Source: Eledone cirrhosa (Eukaryota). Taken from it: a stretch of DNA of 64,000 nt. Below the pieces are notes generated by a model. That model saw only the letters and a list, made by a program, of their open reading frames with translations, was not told the origin of the DNA and did not search any database. The DNA is taken from assembly GCA_964016885.1 (NCBI GenBank), contig OZ024752.1, positions 13,764,001 to 13,828,000 of the forward strand, in the 5' to 3' direction. Made by a program: the position numbers and the translations under genes. This document shows positions 1 through 13,440 of this stretch, piece after piece (positions within the stretch are counted from its first letter, which is position 1; each line of letters opens with the position of its first letter).

Positions 1-788
1 AACTAAAACACATACATACATCTATACCTTTCTTTGAAGCATGTCTATGGGAATTTTTTAACATTTTCCTTATATTTTTCAAATTTATGAATCTTATTTT
101 CTTATCGCTGAAAACTTTGTAACTAATTTCGTTTTTTATCGATTAGTCAGGGTGAAAGGCAGCACATTTGAACTTTTATATTCCTCTGAGTATGGTGAGA
201 AGAATAAAAGTATCCTCTAAAACTGGTCTAATCCGAATTCTGGTAGATTCCCTTAATTTCTTTGGTCAATTAGGACATAACTTATCCCACACAGGGCGAC
301 ACTCAACAATGAACAAATAACATTTATAGGTGTTCAATGGTCAAGACACATTTATAACGTTAGCGTGTCTGAAGGTGGAGTGAATACATTCCACGGTCTC
401 AAAGAATTACTCGCAATATAACAAGGTCGAGTAAATATTGTGTAATCTGCACCACTAAAAATTACTGTTGTGTAAGAAGCGCGCAAGTACAGGACTCAAT
501 ACTCAGTTCAATTCTCACTTTTTTCATATCAATTCACTTTAAGTAGGCTTCTATTGTCGTTATAAATACTCCCCAGGGTAGTGATTTCATATAGCCTCTA
601 CTTCACATGACCTTCCCTTCTGGTAACTAGACAATGTGTTCAGATTACCAGGCGGTATAATGTAATTAACTTTGAATTACCTCTGGCTCAGCTTGAACGT
701 AATTTAATCTTAACTCTTCAAATGTTTTTCAGTCTTCGTGTCTAATAAAACTAATAATATTAACATTATTAACAGAATCAAAGGGCAC

Positions 789-993
789 GGGATTAGCAGT
801 ATCGGTAGAGCGTCGGATAATATTTTGTGGCATAAAGTCACGGCACTTTACATTCTGCATTCCAATCCCGCTGAGGTTAGCTTTGCCTTTCATATTTACG
901 TGGGTTGATAAAATAAAGTACCAGTAATGCTCTGGGGTCGATTTAATCAACCCCAGAAATGTTGGTTTTGAGCCTAAATCAGAAACGATTATT
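789..993 (+). mobile_element. tRNA-derived SINE (main family of this window)
   Basis: tRNA-like head GGATTAGCAGTATCGGTAGAGCGTCGG, central GCCTTTCAT...GATAAAATAAAGTACCAG (resembles the MetaSINE central domain), ATT tail; about 30 related copies in the window. Confidence 0.8.
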
Positions 994-1249
994 GCCAGAA
1001 TCCGCCTGACAAAAGAAAAACAAAATAAATGTTTTCCTATCAACCATTATAATACGTGATGTGAATTTGTATATTTATTTATATATGTAGATCTCTGTAA
1101 TTCTTTAAAATTTACATACAATGCATTTCTCATCAAAGTCGTGTTGGTGTCTCAAGTCAGTAATCAACATAAGCAAAGGTTTCTTTTATGCAAACAATTA
1201 AGTTATCAAAACACAAATCTACTAGTTTGTACGATTGTTTAGAAGTGTG

Positions 1250-1530
1250 TGTCTGAAACATATACACCAAGTCCGAACACAAAGGAATAAAACTCTTATC
1301 TGTATCTCTCTCATTCTCCCCATCTCTCACTATAATCAGAAACTGGGACGCCCACGCGCTGACCGCCTCGCAGCCTCGGCTTACAGAATAGAGAAGGCAT
1401 TTCTCCGGAGGATGGTGAGGGAGACGTGCTGGAAGAGCCATTCCAGCTCCCGAGGCTCACACCTGAATGTAGCCAACTCTGTGCCGATGGGGGTGAATAG
1501 GAAGTTGACCCTAGGGCCAAGGGCACCAGG
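1250..1530 (-). mobile_element. CRE-clade non-LTR retrotransposon 3' fragment
   Basis: Minus-strand translation PGALGPRVNFLF...LEWLFQHVSLTILRRNAFS matches the CRE C-terminal motif (GPWGP...FQRLS.AIQRGNA); homologous to 30373 and 41453 copies. Confidence 0.7.
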
Positions 1531-1729
1531 ATCCTCCTCTCGTGTAATCCTGATCATGTCATATCAACTGTGGACTAAAAAAAATTAAATAAGTTCGGTG
1601 CTATTGACCTCATTGCTGATAACACGGGTTCACTATGTATTTCTGAGTCTTTGATTGTCAAAATATAACAATTTAAAGGGGATATTTTATTTTTCAAAGG
1701 TGGAATAAAATTTTAACATGTGGATGAAT

Positions 1730-2045
1730 AATAGCCGAATGGTTAAGGAGCCCCCTTTGAAATCATCAAGCATTGGTTTCGTTCCCACAGCGTTGCATCT
1801 TGGATTAGTGCCATTCACTATAGTCGTGGATCGACTCCTGTCTCGTGATTTAAATTGGGTAGACGGAAAATGTTGAGAAGCCCGTTGGATGAACTGGAGC
1901 TATAAATCAGATGAGAAATATTTAAAGATTATCCACATCTATAGAATATTCAGCTACTTACACGTTAATCTCATTCATGAGCAGATTGTTTCGTTGATCG
2001 AATAACTGGAGCACTCATCGTTAAAACCGACGGAATTCCTAAAGA
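1730..2045 (+). mobile_element. Second SINE family (CORE-like), degenerate
   Basis: tRNA-like head TGGTTAAG...GGTTTCGTTCCCAC then ...GGTAGACGGAAA...GAAGCCCG; related copies at 9570-9845(-), 30200-30360, 48960-49330. Confidence 0.55.
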
Positions 2046-2676
2046 TAGAGCAAGAGAGGGGAGAGAGAGATGGTGGGGGAGGGTTAACAATCTAATATTT
2101 TTGAGATATATTTTTTTTTAATACATTTTCATACTGGTTCTCAATCTTGTATGTTACACATGTTTTAAGTAATAAACGCATTACGTGTTGTAAGCATTAA
2201 ATTATCATTTCAGCGAAATGAGAGAGCGGGGATGTAATATAGACAGGGAAAAGGTAATTTGGAATCAAGTTTAGACTACCCACTGGGGGTTATATGGAAG
2301 TGACTTCAGATTGCTGGGAGGCAAATTGAAACGAGAGGAGGGATTTGCTTGAAGTTCTTTGCACTGGAATAACAGCCCACCCAATTTTACCTCTCATCGT
2401 GGTCTTAAACGTCATACAAAGCACAGCTATATTAGCTCGAATACACGATACTGTCGTGCAAACCAATGCCGTAAACAGGAGCCAACAAAATAGCCCCCAT
2501 GGGGTCATTTGATATACTAATAGTAATAAAAATATCCCTAAATTCTCATATATAATCATGCTAAAAACAAATTAGATAGGACCGGATGTTTATGGCTAGA
2601 TTTTCTTTATTCATAAGTTTGCTTGTTAACAATTCAGTTATATAGCTCACTCATATCATTGTTGGATTTGGCGCAG

Positions 2677-2860
2677 GATTGGCAGTATCGGTAGAAGGTC
2701 GGACGCCATGATTTGTAGCATAGTTATGGCCCTTTACGTTCTGAGTTCAAATCCCACCGAGGTTAACTTTGCCTTTCATCCTGACGGGGTCGATAAAATA
2801 AAGTACCAGTAATGCACTGGAGTAATTGCTGGTCTTGTGCCAAAAGTAGAAACAATTATT
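2677..2860 (+). mobile_element. Main-family SINE, near full length
   Basis: GGATTGGCAGTATCGGTAG...GAGTTCAAATCCC (B-box-like)...AGTAGAAACAATTATT. Confidence 0.85.
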
Positions 2861-2879
2861 AAAAACTCTTACGTTCCAA

Positions 2880-3870
2880 TGCTCGAGACTTCCTTGGACG
2901 AGGTATCCGTGATGACTTTCTTGAAAAGCTTTTATGAAGTGCACAAATGTTAGTATTGGGTTCAGATTCTGATCACTTACTCTCTGTATCAATATTTCTA
3001 TAGAAAGAATGTTTGCTGTAGTTGAATGATTAGATGGAAATTCGTTCTGGTTGCTTCCGAGAATGAATTCCAAGTGAGATCTTATTCCTGGCAGTACCAT
3101 CTTTTAATCTTTCGCAGAGGTTACTGATAAACTTAAACCTCTACAATTACCTGTCAGTCCTAGGTCACTCATTGACGGAAGTGGAACACTGCCGTTTTTC
3201 ATCCATTGTTTCATCTCTATCCTCGTTTAGTGTCTTGTTCCAGACATCCAACAATAGTTATATGAGGGGACTTCTTTTTAACAAACCTTAATGGGAATTC
3301 TGTTCAATCCAGCAGTTGTGTGCTTTGCAAGTGTGTTTTTATGCATGTTTAATATCTCTTCTTATGAAATTGTCTGTGTTGTTTGGTATAACTTAATCCA
3401 TAACTTATTGGGTTAGTGCTTTAGTAATGTCAGGAGTTTGACAAGAAGGACTGAACATTATTCTTTCCATTTGGCATTAATCTCATTGGCAGTATCGGTT
3501 GAGGGTTGGACGCCATGCTTTGACGCATAGAGTTACGGCCCTTGCAATTCTGAGTGCAAATCCCGTCGAGGTTAACTTTGCCTTTCATCCTTACGGGGTC
3601 GATAAAATAAAGTACCAGTAATGCACTGGGGTAATTGCTGGCCTTGTGCCAAAAGTAGAAACAATTAATCTCATTGATAGTGTTTGCTTTTATCTTCGGC
3701 CTTTTATTAATTGTGATTTTTGTTACTGGTGTTCCAAACGATTTGGATTTTTTGTTGTTTTGGGGCTTCAGTAATGTTTTATGTGTTCTTGATATGTCTT
3801 TCGCTTGCACACAAACACCATTTAGGGTTTTCTTAGCGTCATATAAAACTCCAAAATAGCTGACTGAATA
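2880..3870 (-). pseudogene. RTE-clade LINE reverse transcriptase fragment, interrupted by a SINE
   Basis: DLGLTGNCRGLSL and GIRSHLEFILGSNQNEF..STTANILSIEILIQRV...ILTFVHFIKAF correspond to RT motifs NYRGISL / NQNGFR..RST / FVDFKKAFDS; stops and frameshifts present. Confidence 0.75.
3489..3663 (+). mobile_element. Main-family SINE with 13-bp TSD
   Basis: Flanked by ATTAATCTCATTG at 3476-3488 and 3664-3676. Confidence 0.9.
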
Positions 3871-3899
3871 CACTCGTGTCTTTTCTCAAAAATGTTTTC

Positions 3900-4070
3900 A
3901 TTTCTTCCTCTTCTCCCTCTCCGTCTTTCTATTTCATCTTTTATTTCTCATTCTATCTTCTGATGAAGGACTAGTGTCCGAAACGTAAATACACTCTTCC
4001 TACTATATCAAGCGCTAAACTAATAAATTTCATTGTATTGTGTTGTTTGCTTTGTTGTTTGCGTTTACTC
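3900..4070 (+). mobile_element. Penelope-like pLTR remnant with hammerhead-like core
   Basis: CTGATGAA-GGAC-TAGT-GTCC-GAAACGT at ~3960-3987; homologous segment at 36480-36625 and a truncated one at ~14185-14200(-). Confidence 0.5.
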
Positions 4071-4250
4071 ACTCACTTACTCACTCACTCACACCCATGC
4101 ACGCACATACATTCCCACACATATATTCATGCACGCACATACATACACACTCACTCACATACACACTCACTCACATACTCACTCACATACACTCACTCAC
4201 TCACTCACATACACAGATACTCAATCACGCACGCACGCACGCACGCACGC
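4066..4250. repeat. (CACT)n/(CACG)n/CA-rich simple repeat
   Basis: Visible tetranucleotide repeats. Confidence 0.9.
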
Positions 4251-4728
4251 AGCGATTGTAGCATTTCAAATTGATAACTGCAGGTTAACCAGAGCTAAAA
4301 AGCCGAGAAACAGTTGCTTGTCTAATATCAAAATTGACATTTTCATGAGTTTCCATAAAGGCGGAATTACAGACCGCATTCCGGAATAAGAGGTCACTCT
4401 TTACAATTTTCTTAAGCGTGGAATTCCGTAACCTGAACGCCTCTACCTCAGAGATTTCTGAATTTATGTTCATATGCATTTATATTTAATTCGGGGGCAA
4501 AGATCTCGTTTAATTGATTGTTCAGATTTTTCAGTTTCTGACAAACGAATCATCTGGAAGAAAAGCAGCCTATTATAGAGAGATTAATTGTAATTAATGC
4601 TTAGTCCAGTGATTTATAAATGGCCTGGCATTAACGGCATCATTCCAATAAATATGTATTTTCTTCGGGGAAGGTTTTCTCATGACATTTTAAGAATTAC
4701 CGTAATCTTTACAGACAAGAAAGGCAGT

Positions 4729-4925
4729 GGATTGGCAAAGTCGTTAAAACGTCGGATAGAATGTTTTGCGGTATTCGCTTCATTGCTCAGCGCTCTGAGG
4801 TCAAATAGCGCAGGCGTCAACTCAGTTTTTCATTATTTCAAGGACAAGCGCGGTGGATTGGCAGAATCAGAAGACGGTCGGACGCCATGCTTTGTAGCAT
4901 AGAGTAACGGCCCTTTAAGATCTGA
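4729..4925 (+). mobile_element. Two tandem 5' SINE fragments
   Basis: GGATTGGCA... heads at ~4729 and ~4855. Confidence 0.6.
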
Positions 4926-5349
4926 GGGGGGAGGTTGTCTGTCGGAAAGGTGCGAAACGTGTCCTCCGATGTTCGTTGTTTTGAATATCTATATTAATAT
5001 ATTATATATATTAATATTTATCTGTAATCAGACCTGGGAAGGAGATGGGTTCCACATGTAAGTTTAAAGTGTCCAAGAGACTTCGTATGCCAATACGGCT
5101 TCATACATACATTGTATGTATGTATAGTCCCGTAACTTCTGATAGTCGTAGGGGCTCCGTATTGACGTACGGCGTTTCTTGGACATTTTAAGCCTGGCGG
5201 CGCCATCCCTCCCCGGGTCTGAGCACAGCAGATTTCTTTCAGAGAAAGATTGAAAGTGTGAAAGAGTAAATGAGAAAGTGATATAGAGGAGGAATCCACC
5301 TCAGTAGTAGACTGGTACTTTTTTTTATTATCGACCTCGAAATGATTTC

Positions 5350-5552
5350 TAGTATAGGCAGAAGGGCAGTATTTTGGGGGAAGGGAAAATCGATTGAATC
5401 GACACCAGTATGTTACTGGTACTATATTTTATCGACCCTGTAAGGATGAAAGGCAAAGTTAACCACGGCGGGATTTCAACTCAGACCGTAAAGGACCGTA
5501 ACTCCATGCAGCAAAGCATGGCGTCCAACCCTCTACTGATACTGCCAATCCA
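5350..5552 (-). mobile_element. Main-family SINE (long variant), flanked by older SINE fragments
   Basis: Reverse complement of the SINE consensus, ending CTGCCAATCCACC. Confidence 0.8.
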
Positions 5553-5733
5553 CCACCTTTTCGACCTCGAAATAATAAAAGCAGGATATGAACGCAGAGA
5601 GCCGGAAGAATACCCTAAAATATTCTGTCCGACGTTCTAACGACTGCCGTTGGCCGCCTATCTATCACACATTACAAACAAGACATAGAGTAAATCTTTA
5701 ACTGAGAGACATGGAAAAACAAACTAGATTTGC

Positions 5734-6590
5734 TTCTGAATTTTACGGTAGAGAGTTGGATGTAATGATTCGCGGTATTAGGTTAGGAATTTCTTTCTAC
5801 GTTCTGAATTTTACGGTAGAGAGTTGGATGAAATGATTCGCGGTATTATGTTAGGAATTTCTTTCTACGTTCTGAATTTTACGGTAGAGAGTTGGATGAA
5901 ATGATTCGCGGTATTATGTTAGAAATTTCTTTCAACGTTCTGAATTTTACGGTAGAGAGTTGGATGTAATGATTCGCGGTATTAGGTTAGGAATTTCTTT
6001 CTACGTTCTGAATTTTACGGTAGAGAGTTGGATGAAATGATTCGCGGTATTATGTTAGGAATTTCTTTCTACGTTCTGAATTTTACGGTAGAGAGTTGGA
6101 TGAAATGATTCGCGGTATTAGGTTAGGAATTTCTTTCGACGTTCTGAATTTTACGGTAGAGAGTTGGATGAAATGATTCGCGGTATTATGTTAGAAATTT
6201 CTTTCAACGTTCTGAATTTTACGGTAGGGAGTTGGATGTAATGATTCGCGGTATTAGGTTAGGAATTTCTTTCTACGTTCTGAATTTTACGGTAGAGAGT
6301 TGGATGAAATGATTCGCGGTATTAGGTTAGGAATTTCTTTCTACGTTCTGAATTTTACGGTAGAGAGTTGGATGTAATGATTCGCGGTATTAGGTTAGGA
6401 ATTTCTTTCTACGTTCTGAATTATACGGTAGAGAGTTGGATGTAATGATTCGCGGTATTAGGTTAGGAATTTCTTTCGACGTTCTGAATTTTACGATAGA
6501 GTTGGATGAAATGATTCGCGGTATTATGTTAGACATTTCTTTCTACGTTCTGAATTTCAATCCGGCCAAGGTCAGCTTGGTCATCTTTGT
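5734..6590 (+). repeat. 68-bp minisatellite (~12 copies) derived from a SINE head
   Basis: Unit starts TTCTGAATTTTACGGTAGAGAG at 5734, 5802, 5870...; the last unit runs into TTCAATCCGGCCAAGGTCAGCTT (SINE body). Confidence 0.9.
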
Positions 6591-6694
6591 AAAGTACTAT
6601 TATTGGTTAGTCAATATATCGACTTTCTCTACAAACAACTGACTTTCTACTTCAATATGAAACAAATATAACAGCAAATCTTGACACAGCTGCT

Positions 6695-7565
6695 CTCCTT
6701 TTCTTTTTCTTCCTTTCCCTTCTTTCTTTTTTCTTTTCCTTTTTCTTTGTTTTTCTTTTTCTTTTTCCCTTTTCCTTTTTCTTTCTTTTCCTTTTCTTTT
6801 TCTTTTCCTTCTTTTTCTATCTTTTCTTTTTCTATTTCTTCTTTTTCTTTTCTCTTTTTCTTTTCTCTTTTTCTTTTCTCTTTTTCTTTTTTTTCTTGTC
6901 TTTTTCTTTTTCTTTTTCTTTCTCTTTTCTTTTTTCTTTTCTTTTTCTTTTTCTTTTTCCTTTTTTTCTTTTTCTTTTTTTCTTTTTCTTGTCTTTTTCT
7001 TTTTTTTCATTCTTTTTCTTGACTTTTCGTTGTTTTTCTTGTCTTTTCTTGTCTTTTTTTCGTTTCTTTTTTCATCTTTCCCTTTTTCTTTTTCCTTTTC
7101 TTTTTGCTTTTCTCTTTTCCCGCTTTTTCTTTTCCCGCTTTTTCTTCTCTTTCCTATTACTTTTTTCATCTGTATCCTTCATTCTGATGTTTTTATCAAC
7201 TATTTCCATTCCATCACTTAACATTTATCACTCACTCCCTTCCCCTCCTCTTTCAATTCCCCCTGTTTTTCTCCTCTCTCCCTCTCTCCTATCTCTCCCT
7301 CTCTCCTATCTCTCCCTCTCTCCTATCTCTCCCTCTCTCCTATCTCTCCCTCTCTCCCTCTCTCCTCTCTCCTTCTCTCCTCTCTCTCCTCTCTCTCCTC
7401 TCTCCCTCTCTCCTCTCTCTCCTCTCTTCTTCTCTTCTTCTCTCTCTCCCCTCTCCCCCTCTCCCCACCCCCACCCTCTTCCCCCCCACTCTCCCCACCC
7501 CCACTCTCCCCCTCACCACTACCATCTACTACACACCTTCTCGCTCCACTACCCCCCCATCTACC
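6695..7565. repeat. Long polypyrimidine/polypurine low-complexity tract
   Basis: T/C-only sequence, (TTTTTC)n then (CT/CCT)n. Confidence 0.95.
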
Positions 7566-7719
7566 CTCTATATAACCTCATAACTGCCATAAACAATTAC
7601 CTCCCCTTTAACCCGATCAAGGTTCAGTTGTCAGAAATCCAAAGTGAATAAGAGATTTTATTTTGTCAGCTTTCCAATAAATCTCGAGACAGCTCGGTAG
7701 AGGTGAAGGTCATCAGCTG

Positions 7720-8345
7720 TGACACAGTGACACACACATACACACATCTACACGGTGACACTTCTATGCACACACACACGTACATATGCACACACGTACA
7801 TATGCACACACGTACATATGCACACGCGTACATATACATACACGTACATATACATACACGTACATATACACACCAATATACATACACGTACATAGAAATA
7901 TACACTTCTATGCGGACACAACACACAGACACACACACAGACGCACACACACACACACAGACGCACACACACACACAGACGCACACAGACAGACACACAG
8001 ACACACACACACACAGACAGACACAGACACAGACACAGACACACACGCACACAGACACACACATGCAAATATGTACAGTTGTACACATACATATGCACAT
8101 TAACATACATACATACAGTCATATACACATACATATTTAGGCACACATAGCACACTCATGCATATACTTTATTATACATACAACCATACACGCACACGCA
8201 ATCATGCAATGATATACACATACACATACACACAACAGTTATATGCCTACACTCACGCACTCACTCACTCTTTCTCTCTCTCATATGCACACGCGCACAC
8301 GCGCACACGCACACGCACACACACACTCTCTCTCTCTCTCTCTCT
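7720..8345. repeat. Compound CA/TACA/CAGA microsatellite
   Basis: Visible. Confidence 0.9.
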
Positions 8346-8680
8346 GGCAACAGGGTAAACTCCTGTACTTTTCCTTAACATTTAACTTAACAAAATACTT
8401 CAGCACTGCTGGTATAGTCACTGCTTCTATCTCTCGCTCTCCCCATCACTCTCGCTCTCCCCATCACTCTCGCTCTCCCCATCTCTTTATTTATTTCATG
8501 GATTAAAATCAAAAATTATTAACGGGTCTTGAACATTCTAAATGTGCTAAAATGCAGAATTAATTCACAAATTTCCTTGTGTGACATATATCCTCTAAGA
8601 TTTTTGAAGGCCGAAATACAAGGTGTCACCACAAGCATCGTTACTAATTATAATATATAATTTTTGGATTTAAAAAATTA

Positions 8681-9105
8681 TACGTGGTGTGTAACAAAAG
8701 TTTCAGAACTGATGTCACAATAGATTTATTTCAAATCCAAACTTCACACTAAGAGTTTTCTCCTTCAAAGTAATCCCCCTAGAGTCTAATGCACTTTTCC
8801 ATCCTTTTCTGCCATGCTTGCATGCATTCCTGGAAGGATTCTTCCGGGATCCTCCGCAGTTCCGTTGTCACGGCCTTTTTGATGTCGTTCACGTCTTCCA
8901 AACGGGTCCCCCTCCGGGTCGTACTCGAAGATCCATGACTCATCACCGGTGATGACTGTCCCTAGCAAGTCTGGTTCGGTTTCAAGACGCTCGAGGATGT
9001 CCTGGCACACTTGCATGCGTCGACCCTTCTGGTCATCGTTCAGCAGTTTGGGCACCATCTTCGCGTAGACTTTCCGCATGTCCAAATCTTCAGTGAGAAT
9101 CTTCC
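8681..9105 (-). mobile_element. Mariner transposon remnant (internally deleted transposase, one TIR-like end)
   Basis: ILTEDLDMRKVYAKMVPKLL...VITGDESWIFEYDPE (first catalytic D, WVP-like motif) fused to C-terminal ...WQKRMEKCI...GDYFEG; TIR-like TACGTGGTGTGTAACAAAAGT at 8681. Confidence 0.9.
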
Positions 9106-9569
9106 ATCGCCATCCGGTGATGTCCAGCAGAAGCAAGGGGGACAACCGTCTATGCATTTCAGGCTTAACTGGCCTTCGCCAGGACGGTCCCTCCCACCGC
9201 TTGGACTGCTGGACTAGAAGACAGGCGAGAATATATACATTTCTCGTCTGTGTAAATGAGGTGATTAATCTCATTTGCATATGAAGCTGCATAAGTTGGC
9301 TCAACTTATATTAAAAAAGAATACCGTCCAACCCATGCTAGCATGGAAGATGGACGTTAAACGATGATGATGATATTTTTTCCATATTGCAGCTTCGATG
9401 CGTCATGTGTAGTCATCGGATAGGTTATCTAAGACTATATATATTATCCGATGACTGTCAGGAAAAAAGCAGGATGGCCACAAATGGAACGTAATTCTAA
9501 TGGGAAAATTAGTATGACACGGTGTGTGACAAGCCAGGCTCTTTCAAATACAGGTCCAGTCCATCTGAC

Positions 9570-9845
9570 AGGCTTCGAAACAGTTTCTGTCTACCCCATA
9601 TCAGTCACAAGGTCTGGGTTGACAAAAGGTTATAGTAAACGACACTTGACAAACCTTAGTTCTTTCACTTACAGACTCAGTCCATTGGGTGGGCTGCCAA
9701 ACAGTTTCTGTCTACCAAATTTGAGTCACAAGGTCTGGGTTGACAGAAGGTTATAATAAATGACACTAGCTCAATATGCTCCGTAGTAGGCTCGAACCTG
9801 AATTTTAATGATTGCAAAGTGAATATATTAACCACACAAGGCACC
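9570..9845 (-). mobile_element. CORE-like SINE with internal tandem duplication
   Basis: AAACAGTTTCTGTCTACC...GTCACAAGGTCTGGGTTGACA occurs twice (~9578 and ~9698); head ends ...AACCACACA. Confidence 0.55.
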
Positions 9846-11561
9846 CTCTACAAGACACCCTATAATAAACTTAACAATGAAAGCCCCCCAACTCCGAAAA
9901 AAAAAATTACTAACCTGGTTTTTAACTTCAAGCTGGGATTTAATGTAATTGCATGTAATTGTAAAACATTTATTAGTAGTCTTTCTCTCAATGTCTTCAG
10001 GTTTCACCTTTCTTATATGTTGATGGCGAAACTAGAAAACGAAGGAAAATAATATATAGGAAGAAGTCCAACACTGAATTTCACGTGCAATCTTTTTCTC
10101 TCTTTATTTCCTTCACATCTTGCTCATGTTTTTTGGTTTTGTTCTCTTTCTTCACAGCATGATAAATGACATTTGTTAAAGCCACCACAGTAAAAACAAC
10201 ACTACGGAGACTAAATCTATGAACACAGAATTTCGTAAGAGAGTTGTGGTGTCTTTATCATGTGATTAATATTAAATTCTGTTGTGGAATGAGCGCTAGC
10301 GCAATAGGCAAGTAAGCTCTCTATATGGGGAAAGTCACGAACACTACAGGTGTGACAAATGGACATTTTCCTTTCTTTTAAAATATGAAGGCCTCTGAGC
10401 TAGGTTAAACTGAAAATTATGATTTCAAACTCTATCGACATTTAGTAGGGATTTCACTAACAAGTCTGATTTTTTGATTTCTCAGTTTTGATTTTTTTTT
10501 CTTTTTTTCCCGCTAGTCATTGGAAATCCTGTAGGACATAGTGATAGAAACATTTTGTTTTTAAAATACTAGGATTTTTTTCAACATGTTGATGCGTATG
10601 TGAATATGCATACACTTATATGCATGAGTATATAAATATAAACATGCAAACAGACACACTTACAAAAAATAGTGATACATTTAGACATACACATACATTC
10701 AAACATACACAGCATAACAAATGGAACACCAGACGCCATTTTGCTATAGATTCTTCATCACCCCTTTCCTTCCTTCATTTTTACACGCCCATATATCCAC
10801 GCAGACAGCAGTGTAAATAGAGAGGAGTAGTATGAGGTAGTCAAATTGCTCCTCTCTCTCTTTACGTGTTGTGACAGAATCGCAGAAATTTATATATAGA
10901 TTATATATATATTAAAGTATCTTTCTCAACATCTGTGGGAGTGTAGATGGTAAAACAATATGAGGAAATACTGCAGAATATTATTGGCATAACCAATGAA
11001 ATGGATATTGCTTTGGCTTTTCTCTTCTTTCATCCGATTAAGTTTTGTAAAATATACTCCTTTCTTTATAACTTCCGGCCATTTTGACGGTCCATCCTGC
11101 TGCTTTCTCTAGTGTTGTAGCAATCAGGACATTAGTGTCGATAAGATGTCGTTAGAATGGAATTTTGACTTCTTTTTCAATAGGCCACAACCTTGAGAAA
11201 CATAGTGTCCTCGGTATGAATCATGTGTTCACCCACCACGGCTACGATTCCAGCAGTATAGACTCAAAACTAACCATGTTCAATCGAAGCAGCATATATG
11301 GTATCTAGATAGCAATGGCTAATAAGTGATCAGTAAACTCCATAGTATGTTACTCACTTGAACAGTTGAGGGGGACATATTGTGAGACCTGAAAAACTCA
11401 GTGACTCTAGGATACAACACTGAAGTGTCCAATATTTTACATCCGTGGATGTGTGAAGAACTTAGATTTCCTTTTGTCATGAAAAGTAATTTATTTCTTC
11501 GAGGAAATTTCCTATAAACATATTCGTACTCACCTAGACTCAGAATTCACTTGGACTATTA

Positions 11562-11736
11562 CCGTATTTCCTGGTGCCGAAGACACTTTGTCCTCGAGGA
11601 CGCACCATAATTTTGACAAGCAAAAATTTGAAAAAAAAAAAAAAATAGTAAACAACTTTCGGCCTCGAAGACGCATGGTAGATTTTTGAGACTTATTTTA
11701 GGAAAAAAGTAGCATCTTTGACGCCGAGAAATACGG
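11562..11736. mobile_element. pogo/Tc2-type MITE (175 bp)
   Basis: TA|CCGTATTTC ... GAAATACGG|TA termini with internal GA(A/G)GACGCA repeats. Confidence 0.85.
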
Positions 11737-12089
11737 TAAATGCATTCAAATGTATTTATTTCTTTAATAATATGGAAGGATAGTATTTTAAGGGAGATTT
11801 AAACTCCTATTTTTAGCCAGTCGAATAACCAATATATATGCTTATTTATTAGCTCCATACTTAGATTGGATTTTTTTTTTTTTTAAAGAAACAGATTCAA
11901 AATAATAAAATTGATGCAAACTTGATTTTAAGCGTATCGAAATAAGATAAATCACATGTCATCCTTTCACTTTTAATTATATCATTTTCCATACTGGTAA
12001 CTGGAAATCATTCAGCTATCCTAAAAAGAATATTAGTTTAATGATTTTTTTCCTTAGCAAGAAATTAAAGAAATTGTTCTTCTCGCTTG

Positions 12090-12232
12090 ACATAGTTTCT
12101 ACTTTAGGCACAAGGTCAGTAAATTTGAAGGGAGAGGGAGAAAGTCGATTAAAACGACCTCAGTGTTGTTTGGTACTTTATTTTATTGACCCCGTAAGGA
12201 TAAAGAGCAAAGCTAACCTCGGTGGAATTTGA
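12090..12232 (-). mobile_element. Main-family SINE, 5' truncated
   Basis: Reverse complement of SINE tail and central domain. Confidence 0.75.
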
Positions 12233-13262
12233 GGTAATAACGTTAAACTTCATTAAGATTTTTTAAAAAGGGGGGACAGGAAGGGAAAGGCTCTAGGATC
12301 GCAGAAGAATAAATTACTTCTAGATATACCGGAAGTAAGAAAATACAATAATGCAATAAATAAATAAAACAAATGAATAAATAATCTGTTGAGTTGGTAA
12401 CCAAGCAACCTGAAATTGTCTTTTCCACATTTCTCACCCCTTCCTTTTTTTTCTCATGTCGTTTTATTTGTTGTTGTTGTTGATTACAAAACAACCTTGA
12501 TCGAGCCGGACTACAATCTGCCATACCAACCGTGCCCATCCATTCATTTTCTCTTTCTTTATGTTGCGTTACGTTGTCTATTGTATTTCATAATTCTGGG
12601 TGTACATTTCAGGGGATTTTGTTACTATTTCTAGCAGGTAAATCGGGTGCGTAGATAGGGCTAGATAGATAGCGATATAGTGAGAGAGGGGGAGAGAGAT
12701 AGACCCCCCCCATAGGGTGGTAAAGAGTTATAGAGGTGGTAGGTACTGTGTGGTTTCTCCAACTAAAGCTCTATTAAACAACCAGCCTTACTTGGTATAT
12801 GGATCCAGGACAGAATTTAGTAGTTAGCTCGTTGTTAGAAAGAGCAGGTGGAGTTACTCAACAGCGTACAGAGCTATTGAGTTGAAGCACTCACTCACTC
12901 ACTCACTCACTCACATACTCACTCACTCACATACTCACTCACTCACATACTCACTCGCTCACATACTCACTCGCTCACATACTCACTCGCTCACATACTC
13001 ACTCACTCACATACTCACTCACACACATACTCACTCACTCACTTTCTCTCGTACTCTCGTACTCTCGTGCTCACATATCCACACTGATCTACCCGTATGA
13101 TTATATATGTTGCAACCCGCCCTAGCAGTGACACCCATGCTAGTCCCGTCATCTCAGGGTACTCAATAGGTAATATATATAACCTGAAAGTTTTTTCGTT
13201 GCTTCCGTGTGGTGGCTAGGCTTGCCTGCCATTTTTCAATTTGTCCTGCTATCTAACTTATG

Positions 13263-13440
13263 TTTGGCAGTATCGGTAGAGGCTCGGACGCCATGCTTTC
13301 CAGCATAGTTACGTCCCTTTACGGTCTGATTTCAAATCCCGCCGAGGTTAACTTTGCCTTTCATCCTTACGGCTCGATAAATAAAGTACCAGTAATGTAC
13401 TGGGAAATTGCTGGCCTTTTGCCTAAAGTAGAAATAGATA
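13263..13440 (+). mobile_element. Main-family SINE
   Basis: Matches SINE consensus end to end. Confidence 0.85.

Noticed and set aside
2290-4479. Minus-strand ORFs 2290-2559 and 4285-4479 as exons
   Set aside because: Weak splice signals, no recognisable motif and no phase-linked partner exons.
6600-7651. Lys/Arg-rich and Phe/Ser-rich ORFs
   Set aside because: Polypurine/polypyrimidine low-complexity tract.
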